From the NCBI GenBank assembly GCA_048772705.1, contig JBLWGC010000123.1:17039-81038 (forward strand): a stretch of DNA of 64,000 nt, read 5' to 3'. The notes beneath the pieces were generated by a model. It did no database searches, was not told the DNA's origin, and worked only from the letters and a program-made list of their open reading frames with translations. Positions within the stretch are counted from its first letter, which is position 1; every line of letters begins with the position of its first letter. Positions 12,134-24,013 of this stretch are shown here, piece after piece. The stretch comes from Leidyana gryllorum EB-2025a. Its lineage: Eukaryota; Protista; Apicomplexa. The position numbers and the translations under genes were made by a program.

Positions 12134-12206
12134 GGTCTTGTAGCTCAGTCGGCAGAGCGTGTGGCTGTTAACCACAAAGTCGCAGGTTCGAAACCTGCCA
12201 GGACCG
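12134..12206 (+). tRNA. tRNA-Asn(GTT)
   Basis: Complete cloverleaf. Confidence 0.9.
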
Positions 12207-12321
12207 GTTTCAGAGGCACACTAAACACTGAGTGCGCTGGTGTGCCAATGGCACTTGTGGTCTGCGACCATTCAAAGATGGAAGTTTGTTTGGATCCCGC
12301 CACGTGCAGCCGTACGTACTT

Positions 12322-12394
12322 TGGACGACCTGGGTATCGATCCCAGTACCTCTCGCATGCGAAGCGAGCGCTCTACCATCTGAGCTAGCCGCCC
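12322..12394 (-). tRNA. tRNA-Ala(CGC)
   Basis: G3:U70, anticodon CGC. Confidence 0.88.
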
Positions 12395-12418
12395 ATCCGC
12401 TCATCCGCTCTACATGGA

Positions 12419-12724
12419 TGATGCGTCATTTTGAACCTGATCTGCATTCTTTCAGTTAAGCCCCAGAGTCAATGACGGCCTAAGGCCTTTAGGTTAAGCT
12501 AGATCTACGTGCCAGCCTGGTTAAGGGAGACACGAGCACGACACACACGTTTTTATTATTCATTTTTCATTACATTCCAATACAACTAATTCAATTACCG
12601 GCACTTACCAGACCAAAACCCAACTTCAGAATACCCAGATTAGCCATCAGTATAGATTATGGACCCAATGCATCCAACTAGGGACGGAACCAGCGATTCG
12701 GCGGATGTTCCGCCTATCAAACCA
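12419..12724 (+). mobile_element. Solo LTR family C (306 bp)
   Basis: TG...CA termini; ATGGA TSD at 12414-12418 and 12725-12729; empty sites near 19148 and 41038. Confidence 0.88.
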
Positions 12725-12773
12725 ATGGAAGACCTATTGCATCCAGTGGCTGACCGAGGGCCGATACAACGGC

Positions 12774-12853
12774 TGACAAGAGTGGGATTCGAACCCACGC
12801 CCTTTCGGACTGCGGCCTTAACACAGCGCCTTGGACCACTCGGCCATCTTGCC
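12774..12853 (-). tRNA. tRNA-Leu(AAG)
   Basis: Long variable arm, anticodon AAG. Confidence 0.85.
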
Positions 12854-13802
12854 GGAGTGCCCTTGGCTCGCCACTTTACACGCTTTCTGTCCGTGAAGTC
12901 TCGAGAAGGGAGGACTTTTGGGGTTGAAGGCCGGGGTATCCACGAGCGTCCGAGATAGTATAGTGCTTAGTATTTCCGCCTGTCACTCGGAAGACCCGGG
13001 TTCGATTACCGGTCTCGGAGCACAGTTGGTTTCGCTTAGATTCTCTCCTTTGGTTCTCGCTGAAAGTTGCGAGCTACAACCACCAAGGATCGAACTCGGG
13101 AACTTCTGCGTGTGAAGCAGACGTCGTAAGCACTAGACCATGGCTGCACGGAGCTTCCGGACTGTGAAAGCGGCGTGTGTCTCTGGAAACAGGTATCTGA
13201 TGGAGGGCAGAAGGCTCGCAGGGGTGCGAGGAATGACACCGAATGTCACAACCTCTTTGCCTCAGCCGTGGATCTTCAGTCTGGCGCTCTCCCAACTGAG
13301 CTACCGAGGCGGTAGGTAGTCATGGAAGGCGGTGAAAATAAGCACTTATCGCGGCCGTATGTGAGCCCACTCCTCGCAGCATGACGGAATCGACAGTTGC
13401 CAACTTGCCCGAGTGAGGAACTAGTGTAGATCCAGCACATCTTGCGCCCTGTGGCTTCACATACGGTTCAGCAAGCTTGACTAGGACTGCTCGCGCGGCG
13501 CGAAGCCGCGGTTTTCCCTTAAAAAGTCTGGCGCTCTACCGACGGACTTGGGGCGGCAACGAAGCTCGGACTTAGTAACAAATTCCATTCGTATTGATCG
13601 TGGAATCTTGGGCCTTCCTCGGGTGCAGGGCGAATCTGTATCAGAGATCCACTCACTTGGTCACGCGCGGGCTCCAGTCGCGGACTCGGAAGTTATCAGG
13701 CTCACGCTCTAACCGACTGGAATATGTGACCGCTTCAGAGTTGAGGTGAACAGTCACTAGCCGAAAGAGCGAGTGATGTGCACAGCAAAACCCCATAACT
13801 GG

Positions 13803-14404
13803 TGTTGTAGTTCGTGTTTGCCTGATGGTCAACTTCCTATCGGGTGGCCAGATTCGACTTGGTGAAATTTCCAATCGAATTAGCATCCATCTGGATACTT
13901 CCCTACATATTTGGCACTTATATAGGGGCATATATAAGATGGTGAAGAGGCATTATTAACGAACGTAAAGCAACCACTACTAAAGCGTAAAGGCAAATGC
14001 ACCCTAGTGGTCTGAGCTCGCTGCGACAGTGTAACTGTGCAGACACTCACATGAATGATCAGAGTGTGGTGTCGGGGAGAACTACCGTGTGTGTCCAGCG
14101 CGAGGCTCGGCAAGAGTGCGAGCGACTGGCACATGGGGGGAGTGAGAGAGACACCGGAGCGAGAGACACACGCAAGCAAAGTTGGCTAAGTCAGAGTTGG
14201 ACTAGGCAAGAGGCGGCCTAAGATAACTTTTGCACTTGGTACAACAAGTCGTAGTTCTTGTTTTGCGCCGTCGTGTGCGACATATTCGTGGTAGACTCGT
14301 CGGCAAAAATACTAACTTGGTTCTAAGTCTGGCTTGTGGTCGAAAGTATGCAGAGGTGAGAACTGGGCCTCGTTCCCCTTGAGTAGCGACTTGGGGTTAC
14401 AACA
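13803..14404 (+). mobile_element. Solo LTR family A (602 bp)
   Basis: TGTTGTA...TACAACA termini; ACTGG TSD at 13798-13802 and 14405-14409. Confidence 0.93.
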
Positions 14405-14581
14405 ACTGGGATTGAAGCGGCCGCTCAGACCTTCGTCCACCCCGCCAAACAGTCATTCCAAGAGCCAAATACTGACATCGAGAAGGGGGTGTACCTACAC
14501 CCTGACAGTTCGCACGGGAATCCCGACGGAAGGTGCGCTGGTCCGGATGGCTGTACCGACTCTTTTGGGATGGGCTGAAGC

Positions 14582-14653
14582 GGTTGCGTGGTGTAGTGGT
14601 TAGCACTGGAGACTCTGAATCTCCCGACCTGGGTTCGATTCCCGGCGCGACCT
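14582..14653 (+). tRNA. tRNA-Gln(CTG)
   Basis: Complete cloverleaf, anticodon CTG. Confidence 0.88.
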
Positions 14654-14996
14654 CGGAACTGGTCCTCACTACTCCTGAAACTTCGCCACTTCTCTTGGGC
14701 TGCGGGACTTTCGCAGGAAAATCATATCACTAGCACTTCAACTCGACATACGCGGTGGTGGCTCCCCATACAGCTAGCAAGCTTGCCTCGGTCGAAACAG
14801 AACGTCTTCCGAGTGAGAGGCTATGATGCGGATGGGACTCGAACCCACAACTCCCGGTTCCGAATACCGATGCCCTCTCCATTAGGCCACCGCAAAATGG
14901 ATAGGCTTCGGTCATCTGGATACTGGTTGGGTGAAAGAGGAGACACCTCGGGGCAGCCCGCTTTCGTCCCACTCAAAAGTCGGATGCGTCCCGAAT

Positions 14997-15069
14997 GCGG
15001 TTGTGGCGCAATGGATAGCGCGTTGCCCTCCTAAGGCAAAGGTTGAGGGTTCGAGTCCCTCCAGCCGTT
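14997..15069 (+). tRNA. tRNA-Arg(CCT)
   Basis: TTGCC-CT-CCT-AA-GGCAA arm. Confidence 0.82.
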
Positions 15070-15730
15070 TCCTGCGTGCCTTCGTTTGTGCAAAGTGGAG
15101 CACAAACTGGTGAAAGTGATTGATGCAGTTGGGAGATTGGTCATACCATGTAAAAAGAACTGGATGTACTGGGGTTTGCTGAATGGGCGACTAGCTCAAA
15201 TGGTAGCGCGCTCGCTTAGCATGCGAGAGGTACTGGGATCGATGCCCAGGTCGTCCAAAGTACGTACGGCTGCACGTGGCGGGATCCAAACCACCTTACA
15301 TCTTTGAAGGGTCGCAGACCACAAGTGCCATTGGGAGAGCAGCGCAGTCAATGTTTAGGGTGCCTCTGAAAGCGGTCCTGGCAGGTTTCGCACCTGCGAC
15401 TTTGTGGTTAACAGCCACACGCTCTGCCGACTGAGCTACAAGACCCAGCTACAATGTTTCAGAGGTTAATATAGGAACCCGCCTCTTGCTGGCGCAGGAT
15501 TCTGCAACCCCTTATGGTCAGGAATGTTGGTTTAACATCTTCCAGCGTTTCATCTCAACTTCAGGGCACGCGCGAAGTTGAACCACGGACTTGCTGATCT
15601 GCAGTCAAATGCTCTACCACTGAGTTACGTACCCACGAGGCGCCTCTCAAGCTCGCTCAACTTGACCCTGTCTTCTCATTCGAAGCAAAACGGCCGTTAT
15701 TGTGTACGAGCTCCAACAACAAGGTGTTAC

Positions 15731-15801
15731 GCATCTGTGGTCTAGTGGTAGAATGTCTCGTTGCCATCGAGACGACCCGGGTTCGATTCCCGGCAGATGC
15801 A
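15731..15801 (+). tRNA. tRNA-Gly(GCC)
   Basis: GCATCTG/CAGATGC acceptor, anticodon GCC. Confidence 0.9.
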
Positions 15802-15867
15802 GAGGACACATGGTTGCTTTTCCACATTCAGAAATGAGTTGGTGTTTAACCCTCCAACCACATCGCA

Positions 15868-15949
15868 CGACAACTGCTGGATTTGAACCAGCGCGGGCCC
15901 GGCCCAGTAGATTTCTAGTCTACCCCCTTAACCACTCGGGCAAGTTGCC
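15868..15949 (-). tRNA. tRNA-Ser(AGA)
   Basis: Long variable arm, anticodon AGA. Confidence 0.85.
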
Positions 15950-16113
15950 GTTGTCGAACTTGGCATTTTGCGGCCAGTGGCTTCACATACGGTTCAGCAA
16001 GCTTTTACTAGGACTGCTCGCGCCGCCCGAACCCGCGGTTCTCCCTTCAAAAGTCTTGTGGAATCTTTCCGAGACGGTCCGGCTCTCGGCCGAAGCCTAA
16101 ACTCGAGCACTTG

Positions 16114-16186
16114 TCCACTGTAGTCTAAGTGGCTAGGATATGCGGCTTTCACCCGCACCATCCGGGTTCAAGTCCCGGCAGTGGAA
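16114..16186 (+). tRNA. tRNA-Glu(TTC)
   Basis: Cloverleaf, anticodon TTC. Confidence 0.82.
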
Positions 16187-16262
16187 GTCATTAGAGTACT
16201 CGATCAAAGTGCTCTGATAACTTGCGTAAATAGGGACTGATGCGTGATTCCCGGCTTGCATT

Positions 16263-16334
16263 GCCTTCTTAGCTTAGCGGCAGAGCATTCGCTTAGTAAG
16301 CGAAAGGTCGCCGGTTCGATTCCGGCAGAAGGCT
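16263..16334 (+). tRNA. tRNA-Thr(AGT)
   Basis: TTCGC-TT-AGT-AA-GCGAA arm. Confidence 0.85.
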
Positions 16335-16381
16335 TGCTCACGAGCCAATCTATCCTACAACTGTTCCCTTCTGCGCACACT

Positions 16382-16453
16382 TAGCAGTGCGTCGTTTCGA
16401 TCGACGGACCTTTGGGTTATGAGCCCAACACTCTTCCACTGAGCTACACTGCT
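16382..16453 (-). tRNA. tRNA-iMet(CAT), initiator
   Basis: A1:U72, three G-C pairs in the anticodon stem, GATCGAAA T-loop. Confidence 0.9.
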
Positions 16454-17076
16454 TAGTCTGCAACATGTCAGAGGTAGCCGAAATGCGATTCTCGAGAGGT
16501 TAGTTGCGCTGACTGCCCTACCGAAGTGGGCTAACGAGGTGGCTGTGTTGGTTCTGGGGCAACTTGTCCGATCGGGTCAACCGACGACCAAGAGGGCTGT
16601 GCTGGGAATCGAACCAGGACTCCACCCTGAGGAGGGGTCACAGCACTAGACCAAACAGCCCGTCGGACATAATATGTCAAGAACCACTAATTGCTATGGG
16701 GTCTGCACAGCGGGCGACTAGCTGGAATGATATAGCACAGCCACGACCGAATGGAGTTGATGCCCGATCACATAACACGACAACTGCTGGATTCGAACCA
16801 GCGCGGGCCAGGCCCAGTAGATTTCTAGTCTACCCCCTTAACCACTCGGGCAAGTTGCCACCTGTCGAATTCGACATGTCGCGGAAGTGACCAAATACCC
16901 CCATGTTCAGCCTGCCCTGCGGCATTGATAGATGTCTAAACTGACCTCTCGCGTGCAAAGTCACCGCTTTACCACTTGAGATAGCCGCCCACCCGCCAAA
17001 CCTAGGTGAACTTCCAATCTGAGACCGAGTCACACTTCTCTGGCGCCTCATTCGTCAGTGCAACTGTTGTGACTCG

Positions 17077-17149
17077 TCCACTGTAGTCTAAGTGGCTAGG
17101 ATATGCGGCTCCCACCCGCACGATCCGGGTTCTAGTCCCGGCAGTGGAA
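17077..17149 (+). pseudogene. tRNA-Glu body with CCC anticodon
   Basis: Glu paralog, TGCGG-CT-CCC-AC-CCGCA; T-loop TTCTAGT. Confidence 0.6.
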
Positions 17150-18324
17150 CTCCAGCTGAGTGTGCTTGTAGGCAACAGTTCCATTCTAACTCCCAATGAA
17201 ATAGATGCTCACCGCCCGCGGGGCTCGAACCCGCGACTGCGAGATTAAGAGTCTTGCGCTCAACCGACTGAGCTAGGGCGGCAGGAATGCAAGGACACAA
17301 AACCCGATAGCCCGACATCTCAAGTGGCTTTGGTACCCACCAGCCTCACTTGAAGATTGTCCGGGTCGTCTAGGTGCTTACAACAGCAAGTTGTGGCCGT
17401 GCATACCCAGGCCCGAATCCTGGCTTGGATAGTATGTCCCCGATGTCTCGAATGGGAGATGTGGGTGAAGTCTGTCCAGACCCACCATCGAGCGTAGCTG
17501 CCCATGTCGTCTTGCTCGCTACACACTTCCATTTGACGGCTCCGCTAGTCGGCGCTATGGCCTAATGGATATGGCATCGGTCTACGGAACCGGGGATTCT
17601 GGGTTCGAGTCCCAGTAGCGTCTGGGCGAATGCCCGGGTTGCAGCCTGTTGAGTCAACAACTCAGATCCTGTCTTAGCTGTTCGGGATGGGTCGAGTGCC
17701 TTGTTGCGTCAACAACTATCAGACGGGCTGTTCTGGGAGTCGAACCCAGGACTTCTTCCACCCGAAGGAAGAAACAGCCCCCTGTGGGTGCCTCAGGTAC
17801 TGACAGGTTCCAAACCTGCGGCTTCGTGGCTAAGAGACTTACCGGTTGCAGGTGCCTAGTCGATGCAGTCGAGCCTTCTGCCGGAATCGAACCGGCGACC
17901 TTTCGCTTACTAAGCGAATGCTCTGCCCCTAAGCTAAGAAGGCAATCCAGGCCGAAGATCAAGAATCAGTCACTATTGACGGGGATTACTGAGGCACTTT
18001 GCTCGAGTAGCTTCCACTGCCGGGTCTTGAACCCGGATGTACGGGTGAGAGCCGTATAACCTAGCCACTTAGACTACAGTGGACAAACTTCCTCAGCTGC
18101 AGCTTTGGACGAGAGCCGTACGATCTTGAGATGAGATAGAGCGTCGGGTCAATCGACAACCAACGGGGCTGTTCTGGGAATCGAACCCAGGACTTCTTCC
18201 ACCCGAAGGAAGAATCATACCACTAGACCAAACAGCCGGCTGTCGGTCCAGCAACCCGCTGAGTACAGTCGAGAGAGTGGTCATACGATGTTGAGAACAA
18301 AAAAATCGATGGAATCTGCACAAC

Positions 18325-18397
18325 GGGCGACTAGCTCAAATGGTAGAGCGCTCGCTTAGCATGCGAGAGGTACTGGGATCGATGCCCAGGTCGTCCA
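18325..18397 (+). tRNA. tRNA-Ala(AGC)
   Basis: Complete cloverleaf, G3:U70. Confidence 0.9.
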
Positions 18398-18675
18398 AAC
18401 TTCGTACGGCTGCACCTGCCGCTATTTATTTCCCGAGCTGAGATAATTGTGCCCTGTAACCCTTGGACAGACCTGGGCATCGCAGTACGTGTGAAGGTTG
18501 CCTCAGAGCCCGGATTTCCGAGTTTGTATGTTACAATGACACGCTCTGCCGACTAAGATACAAGAGTCAGTTACATTATTTCAAAGGTCAGTAGAGAGAT
18601 GTGTGTTGCATGTGCCCAGTTGAGGAGGGCTAGTCCGGATGGCTCTACCAACTCTTTTTCGGGAAGGACTGAATC

Positions 18676-18747
18676 GGTTACGTGGTGTAGTGGTTAGCAC
18701 TGGAGACTCTAAATCTCCCGACCTAGCTGCGATTCCCGGCGCGACCT
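18676..18747 (+). pseudogene. tRNA-Gln pseudogene with CTA anticodon
   Basis: Anticodon CTA at 18709-18711, but T-arm/B-box destroyed (CTAGCTGCGATT). Confidence 0.7.
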
Positions 18748-19826
18748 CGAAACTGGTCTTCACTTTTCCGTGAAGCCTCGCCACTTCTCGTGGTCTGCGG
18801 GACCTTCTCTGCAGCCATGGTCTAGTGGTCACGACGTCTGCTTAAGACGCAGAAGGTCCCGAGTTCGATCCTCGGTGGCTGTAAGTCGCATTTTTCAGGT
18901 GAGCACCACGAAATCTAAAGCGGAAAAACTAAGTGTCTCCAAGACCGGGAATCGTACCCGGGTCCTCCCTTCTCGACACTTCACGAAAAGAAAACCTGTC
19001 AAGTGGCGAGCCAAGAACATTCCGGCATGATGGCCGAGTGGACCAAGGCGCTGTGTAAAGGCCGCAGTTCGAAAGGGCGTGGGTTCGAATCCCGCTCTTG
19101 TCAGCCGTTGTATCGGTGCTCGGTCAGCCACTGGATGCAGAAGGTTTTCCATGTAGAGCGGATGGGCGGCTAGCTCAGATGGTAGAGCGCTCGCTTTGCA
19201 TGCGAGAGGTACTAGGATCCATACCCAGGTCGTCCAAACTCAGTAGGGCGACCTGCCGGTAGTTAAATACAGAGACCTCTAACAGACCGCCGCATATCGC
19301 AGCTCCCGGCACCGCTAGGCTTCGAAACTGCGACTTTGTGGTAAACAGCTACACGCTTTGCCGACTGAGCTACAAGACCCAGTTGCAATGTTCTTCCAAG
19401 CGAGGAGAAATCATACCTGCAGACCAAACAGCCCCCTGGTCGGGCCTCGTGCCGAAGCTTGTCAGCGTCTCTGTCAATCTGCCACGGCTGTTTGAGGCGT
19501 GCCTCCTGCGTCTGCCGGGAATCGAACCTGGGTCGTCTCGGTGGCAACGACACATTCTACCACTAGACCACAGATGCATGACTCGTTGTTGTTCAAGCTC
19601 GTGCACAATAACGGCCGTTTTGCCTCAAATGAGAAGACAGAATCGAGTTGAGCGAGTATGACGGGTAGTTTGTGGGTACGTAGCTCAGTGGTAGAGCAGC
19701 TGACTACAGATCAGCAAGTCCGTGGTCCAACTCCGCGCGTGCCCAGAAGATGGTTTGGAACGATCGGAGATGTTGGACCTCCATTCCTGACCACAAGGCA
19801 ATTAGTTTGGAACGGGAGATGGTTTT

Positions 19827-19898
19827 GGGCCTATGGCGCAACGGTAGCGCGTCTGACTCCAGATCAGAAGGTTGGGTGTTCGAATCACTCTGGGCTCA
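19827..19898 (+). tRNA. tRNA-Trp(CCA)
   Basis: TCTGA-CT-CCA-GA-TCAGA arm. Confidence 0.88.
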
Positions 19899-20416
19899 AT
19901 CAGACTTTATGTTCTTCTCGTATGGGGCGCAACCAAGAATGGGATTCGGACCCACGCCCAGTCGGCGCTGCGCCGTCACATACGTCCCTGCGAGTGCTAC
20001 AGCTGTCCGCCCGTGTCTAATTGGCACTGGAGTTCAAGGGCGTAGAATTCTAGTGAATAAGCCATGTGCCATGTCCTCTGCATCTGCCTCGAATCGGACC
20101 TGGGTCGTCTCGGCGGCAACGACACAGTCTACCCCTAGACCACAGATGCGTGACACCTCCATTTCTGAATACAAGGCGATGAGTCTGGACTACTCTAGGC
20201 CGTCCAACTTAGGGCGGTACGTAAAAACCAGGCTCATCGAATATGTGTTTCCAAAGACACACGCCCCTTTCGCAGCCAAAAGCTCCGTGCAGCCATGGTC
20301 TAGTGGTCACGACGTCTGCTTAACACGCAGAAGGTCCCGAGTCCGATCCTCGGTGGCTGTAGCTCGCAAGTTTCAGCGGGCACCAAAAAAGACAATCTTA
20401 AGCCAGATCAACTGTG

Positions 20417-20488
20417 CTCCGAGACCGGGAATCGAACCCGGGTCTTCCGCGTGACAGGCGGAAATACTAACCACTATACTATCTCGGA
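20417..20488 (-). tRNA. tRNA-Asp(GTC)
   Basis: Complete cloverleaf. Confidence 0.9.
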
Positions 20489-20918
20489 CGCTCCGAACAC
20501 ACCGGCCTGAAACCCCAAAAGTCCTTCCATTTTGTTGTGCAGACCCATCGCATTTGTTGGTTCTCAACATAGTATGACCACTATCTCAACTGTACTCAGC
20601 GGGTTGCACGACCGACAGGCGGATGTTTGGTCTAGTGGTATGATTCTTCCTTCGGGTGGAAGAAGTCCTGGGTTCGATTCCCAGAACAGCCCCGTTGCTT
20701 GTCGATTGACCTGACGCTCCATCTCATCTCAAGATGGTACGGCTTTCGTCCAAAGCTGCAGCTGAGGAAGTTGTCCACTGTAGTCTAAGTGGCTAGGATA
20801 TGCGGCTCTCACCCGCACGAGCCGGGTTCAAGTCCCGGCAGTGGAAATCCAGCAGAGTGTGCTTGTGGTCCAGTAATCTCCGTCAATAGAGACTGTTTCG
20901 TGATCTTCGGCTTGCATT

Positions 20919-20990
20919 GCCTTCTTAGCTTAGGGGCAGAGCATTCGCTTAGTAAGCGAAAGGTCGCCGGTTCGATTCCGGCAGAAGGCT
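20919..20990 (+). tRNA. tRNA-Thr(AGT)
   Basis: Complete cloverleaf. Confidence 0.9.
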
Positions 20991-21880
20991 TTGGTCACGA
21001 GCCGATCTATTCTAGACTGCTTCCCTTTTGCGCACACTTAGCAGTGAGTCGTTTCGATCGACTGACCTTTGGGTTATGAGCCCAACACTCTTCCGCTGAG
21101 CTGCACTGCTTAGTCTGCAACATGGAAGAGGTAGCCGAAATGCAATTCTTGAGATGTTAATTGCCTTGAGTGTCGACGCGGTGGCTGTGTTACTTCTAAA
21201 ACTGCTTATCCCATCGGGTCAACCGACAACCCAGAGGGCTGTTCTGGGAATCGAACCCAGGACTCCTTCCACCCTAAGGAAGGCTCATACCACTAGACCA
21301 AACAGCCGCCTGTCGGTCGTGCAACCCGCTGGGTACACTCGAGAGAGTGGTCATACTATGTGAAGTACCACTAAATGCGATGGGGTCTGCACAGCGGGGG
21401 ACTAGCTCAAATGGTGAAGCGCTCGCTTAGCGTGCAAGAGGTACTGGGATCAATGCCCAGGTCGTCCAAAATTTGTAGTGCTGCAACTGGCGCTATTTGA
21501 CTACAGAGTTGAGAGCTTTGAGGGTGCCCTGTAGCCCTTAGATGGACTTGGGCACCGCAGTATGTGTGAAGGTTGCCTCAGAGACCGGATCTGCGAGTTT
21601 GTATTTTACAACCACACGCTCTGCCGACTAAAGTACAAGAGCCAGTTCCAATATCTCAGAGGTTAGTAGAGATACGCGTGTTGCATATGTCTGGTTGAGG
21701 GCTAGTCCGGAGGCTCTACCAACTCTTTTTGTGAAGGAGTGAATGGGTTGCGTGGTGTAGTGGTTAGCACTGGAGACTCTGAATCTCCCGATCTGGGTTC
21801 GATTCCCGGCGCGACCTCACAACTAATTCTCACTGCTTTGTGAAACCTCAATACTCCTCTTGATCTGCGAGACCTTCCGT

Positions 21881-21953
21881 GCAGCCATGGTCTAGTGGTC
21901 ACGACGTCTGCTTAACACGCAGAAGGTCCCGAGTTCGATCCTCGGTGGCTGTA
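21881..21953 (+). tRNA. tRNA-Val(AAC)
   Basis: Complete cloverleaf, anticodon AAC. Confidence 0.88.
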
Positions 21954-22173
21954 ACTCGCGTTTGTCAGGCGAGCACCACGAAATCTAAAGCGGAAGAACG
22001 AAGTGTCTCCGAGACCGGTAATCGAACCCGGGTCTTCCGAGTGACAGGCGGAAATACTAAGCACTATACTATCTCGGACGCTCGTGGATACCCCGGCCTT
22101 CAACCCCAATAGTCCTCCCTTCTCGAGACTTCACGGACAGAAAGCGTGTAAAGTGGCGAGCCAAGGGCACTCC

Positions 22174-22253
22174 GGCAAGATGGCCGAGTGGTCCAAGGCG
22201 CTGTGTTAAGGCCGCAGTCCGAAAGGGCGTGGGTTCGAATCCCACTCTTGTCA
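22174..22253 (+). tRNA. tRNA-Leu(AAG)
   Basis: Inverted paralog of 12774-12853. Confidence 0.85.
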
Positions 22254-22302
22254 GCCGTTGTATCGGCCCTCGGTCAGCCACTGGATGCAATAGGTCTTCC
22301 AT

Positions 22303-22608
22303 TGGTTTGATAGGCGGAACATGCGCCGAATCGCTGGTTCCGTCCCTAGTTGGATGCATTGGGTCCATAATCTGTACTGATGGCTAATCTGGGTATTCTG
22401 AAGTTGGGTTTTGGTTTGGTAAGTGCCCGTAATTGAATTAGTTGTATTGGAATGTAATGAAAAATGAATAATAAAAACGTGTGTGCCGTGCTCGTGTCTC
22501 CCTTAACCAGGCTGGCACGTAGATCTAGCTTAACCTAAAGGCCTTAGGCCGTCATTGACTCTGGGGCTTAACTGAAAGAATGCAGATCAGGTTCAAAATG
22601 ACGCATCA
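22303..22608 (-). mobile_element. Solo LTR family C (second copy, from segmental duplication)
   Basis: Reverse complement of 12419-12724 with the same TSD (TCCAT) and the same flanking tRNAs. Confidence 0.9.
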
Positions 22609-22632
22609 TCCATGTAGAGCGGATGAGCGGAT

Positions 22633-22705
22633 GGGCGGCTAGCTCAGATGGTAGAGCGCTCGCTTCGCATGCGAGAGGTACTGGGATCGATACCCAGGTC
22701 GTCCA
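22633..22705 (+). tRNA. tRNA-Ala(CGC)
   Basis: Complete cloverleaf. Confidence 0.88.
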
Positions 22706-22820
22706 AAGTACGTACGGCTGCACGTGGCGGGATCCAAACAAACTTCCATCTTTGAAGGGTCGCAGACCATAAGTGCCATTGGCACACCAGCGCACTCAGT
22801 GTTTAGTGTGCCTCTGAAAC

Positions 22821-22893
22821 CGGTCCTGGCAGGTTTCGAACCTGCGACTTTGTGGTTAACAGCCACACGCTCTGCCGACTGAGCTACAAGACC
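22821..22893 (-). tRNA. tRNA-Asn(GTT)
   Basis: Complete cloverleaf. Confidence 0.88.
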
Positions 22894-23117
22894 CAGCTGC
22901 AATGGTTCAGAGGTTAGTATAGAGATCCTCCTTTTTCTACAACAGGATTCTGCAACCACGTCTTGTCAAGAGGGTACGGCTCTCGGCTAAAGCTGCAGCT
23001 GAGGAAGTTGTCCACTGTAGTCTAAGTGGCTAGGATTTGCGGCTCTCACCCGCACGATCCGGGTTCAAGTCCCGGCAGTGGAAATCGAGCTGAGTGTGCT
23101 TGTAGGCAACAGACCCA

Positions 23118-23190
23118 CACCGCCCGCGGGGCTCGAACCCGCGACTGCAAGATTAAGAGTCTTGCGCTCTACCGACTGAGCTAGGGCGGC
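23118..23190 (-). tRNA. tRNA-Lys(CTT)
   Basis: Complete cloverleaf. Confidence 0.88.
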
Positions 23191-23933
23191 AAGAAAGCAA
23201 CGACACAAAACCCGATAGCCTGACAACTAAAGTGGCTTTGGTACCCACCAGCCTTAGCAAGTTGTGGCCGTGCATACCCAGGCCCGAATCCTGGCTTGGA
23301 TAGTATGTCCCCGATGTTTTGAATGGGAGATGTGGGTGAAGTCTGTCCAGACCCACCATCGGGCGTCGCTGCCCATGTCCTGTCTTGATCGCTACACACT
23401 TCCATTTGACGGCTCCGCTAGTCGGCGCTAGGGCCTAATGGATATGGCATCGGTCTACGGAACCGGGGATTCTGGGTTCGAGTCCCAGTAGCGTCTGGGC
23501 GAATGGCCGGGTTGCAGCCTGCGGAGTCAACAACTCAGATCCCGTCTTAGCTGTCCGGGATGGGTCGAGTGCCGTGTTGCGTCAACAACTATCAGACGGG
23601 CTGTTCTGGGAATCGAACCCGGGACTCTTTCCACCCTAAGGAAGGATCATACCACCAGACCAAACAGCCGCCTAGTCGGTGGTTCAACCCGCTGGGTACA
23701 GTCGAGAGACTCGTCTCACTATGTGAAGTATCACTCAATGCCATGAGGTAGGCACAGAGGGAGGCAAGCCCAGATGATGAAACGGTGCTTAGTGTACGAA
23801 AGGTTCTGGGATCGATTCTCAGCTCATCCGAACTAGATAGATGGAACCCTCGCCGGAGTAGTCTAGTTGGCCTATCAACACTGTCTGCCAACACCATCAG
23901 GTTGAGTAGTACTTTGCCGATCACCACTCTACT

Positions 23934-24013
23934 TCCGGTGGGACGGAATCGAACCGCCGACTATCTGATGCCAGCACTACAGTCAGATGCTCTACCAACT
24001 GAGCTACCCCCGG
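23934..24013 (-). tRNA. tRNA-Tyr(GTA) with 7-nt intron
   Basis: Same sequence as 8665-8744. Confidence 0.85.

Noticed and set aside
18676-18747. Amber suppressor tRNA-Gln(CTA) or a non-standard genetic code
   Set aside because: Single copy with a destroyed T-arm/B-box; both intact pol ORFs end in TAG and have no internal stops
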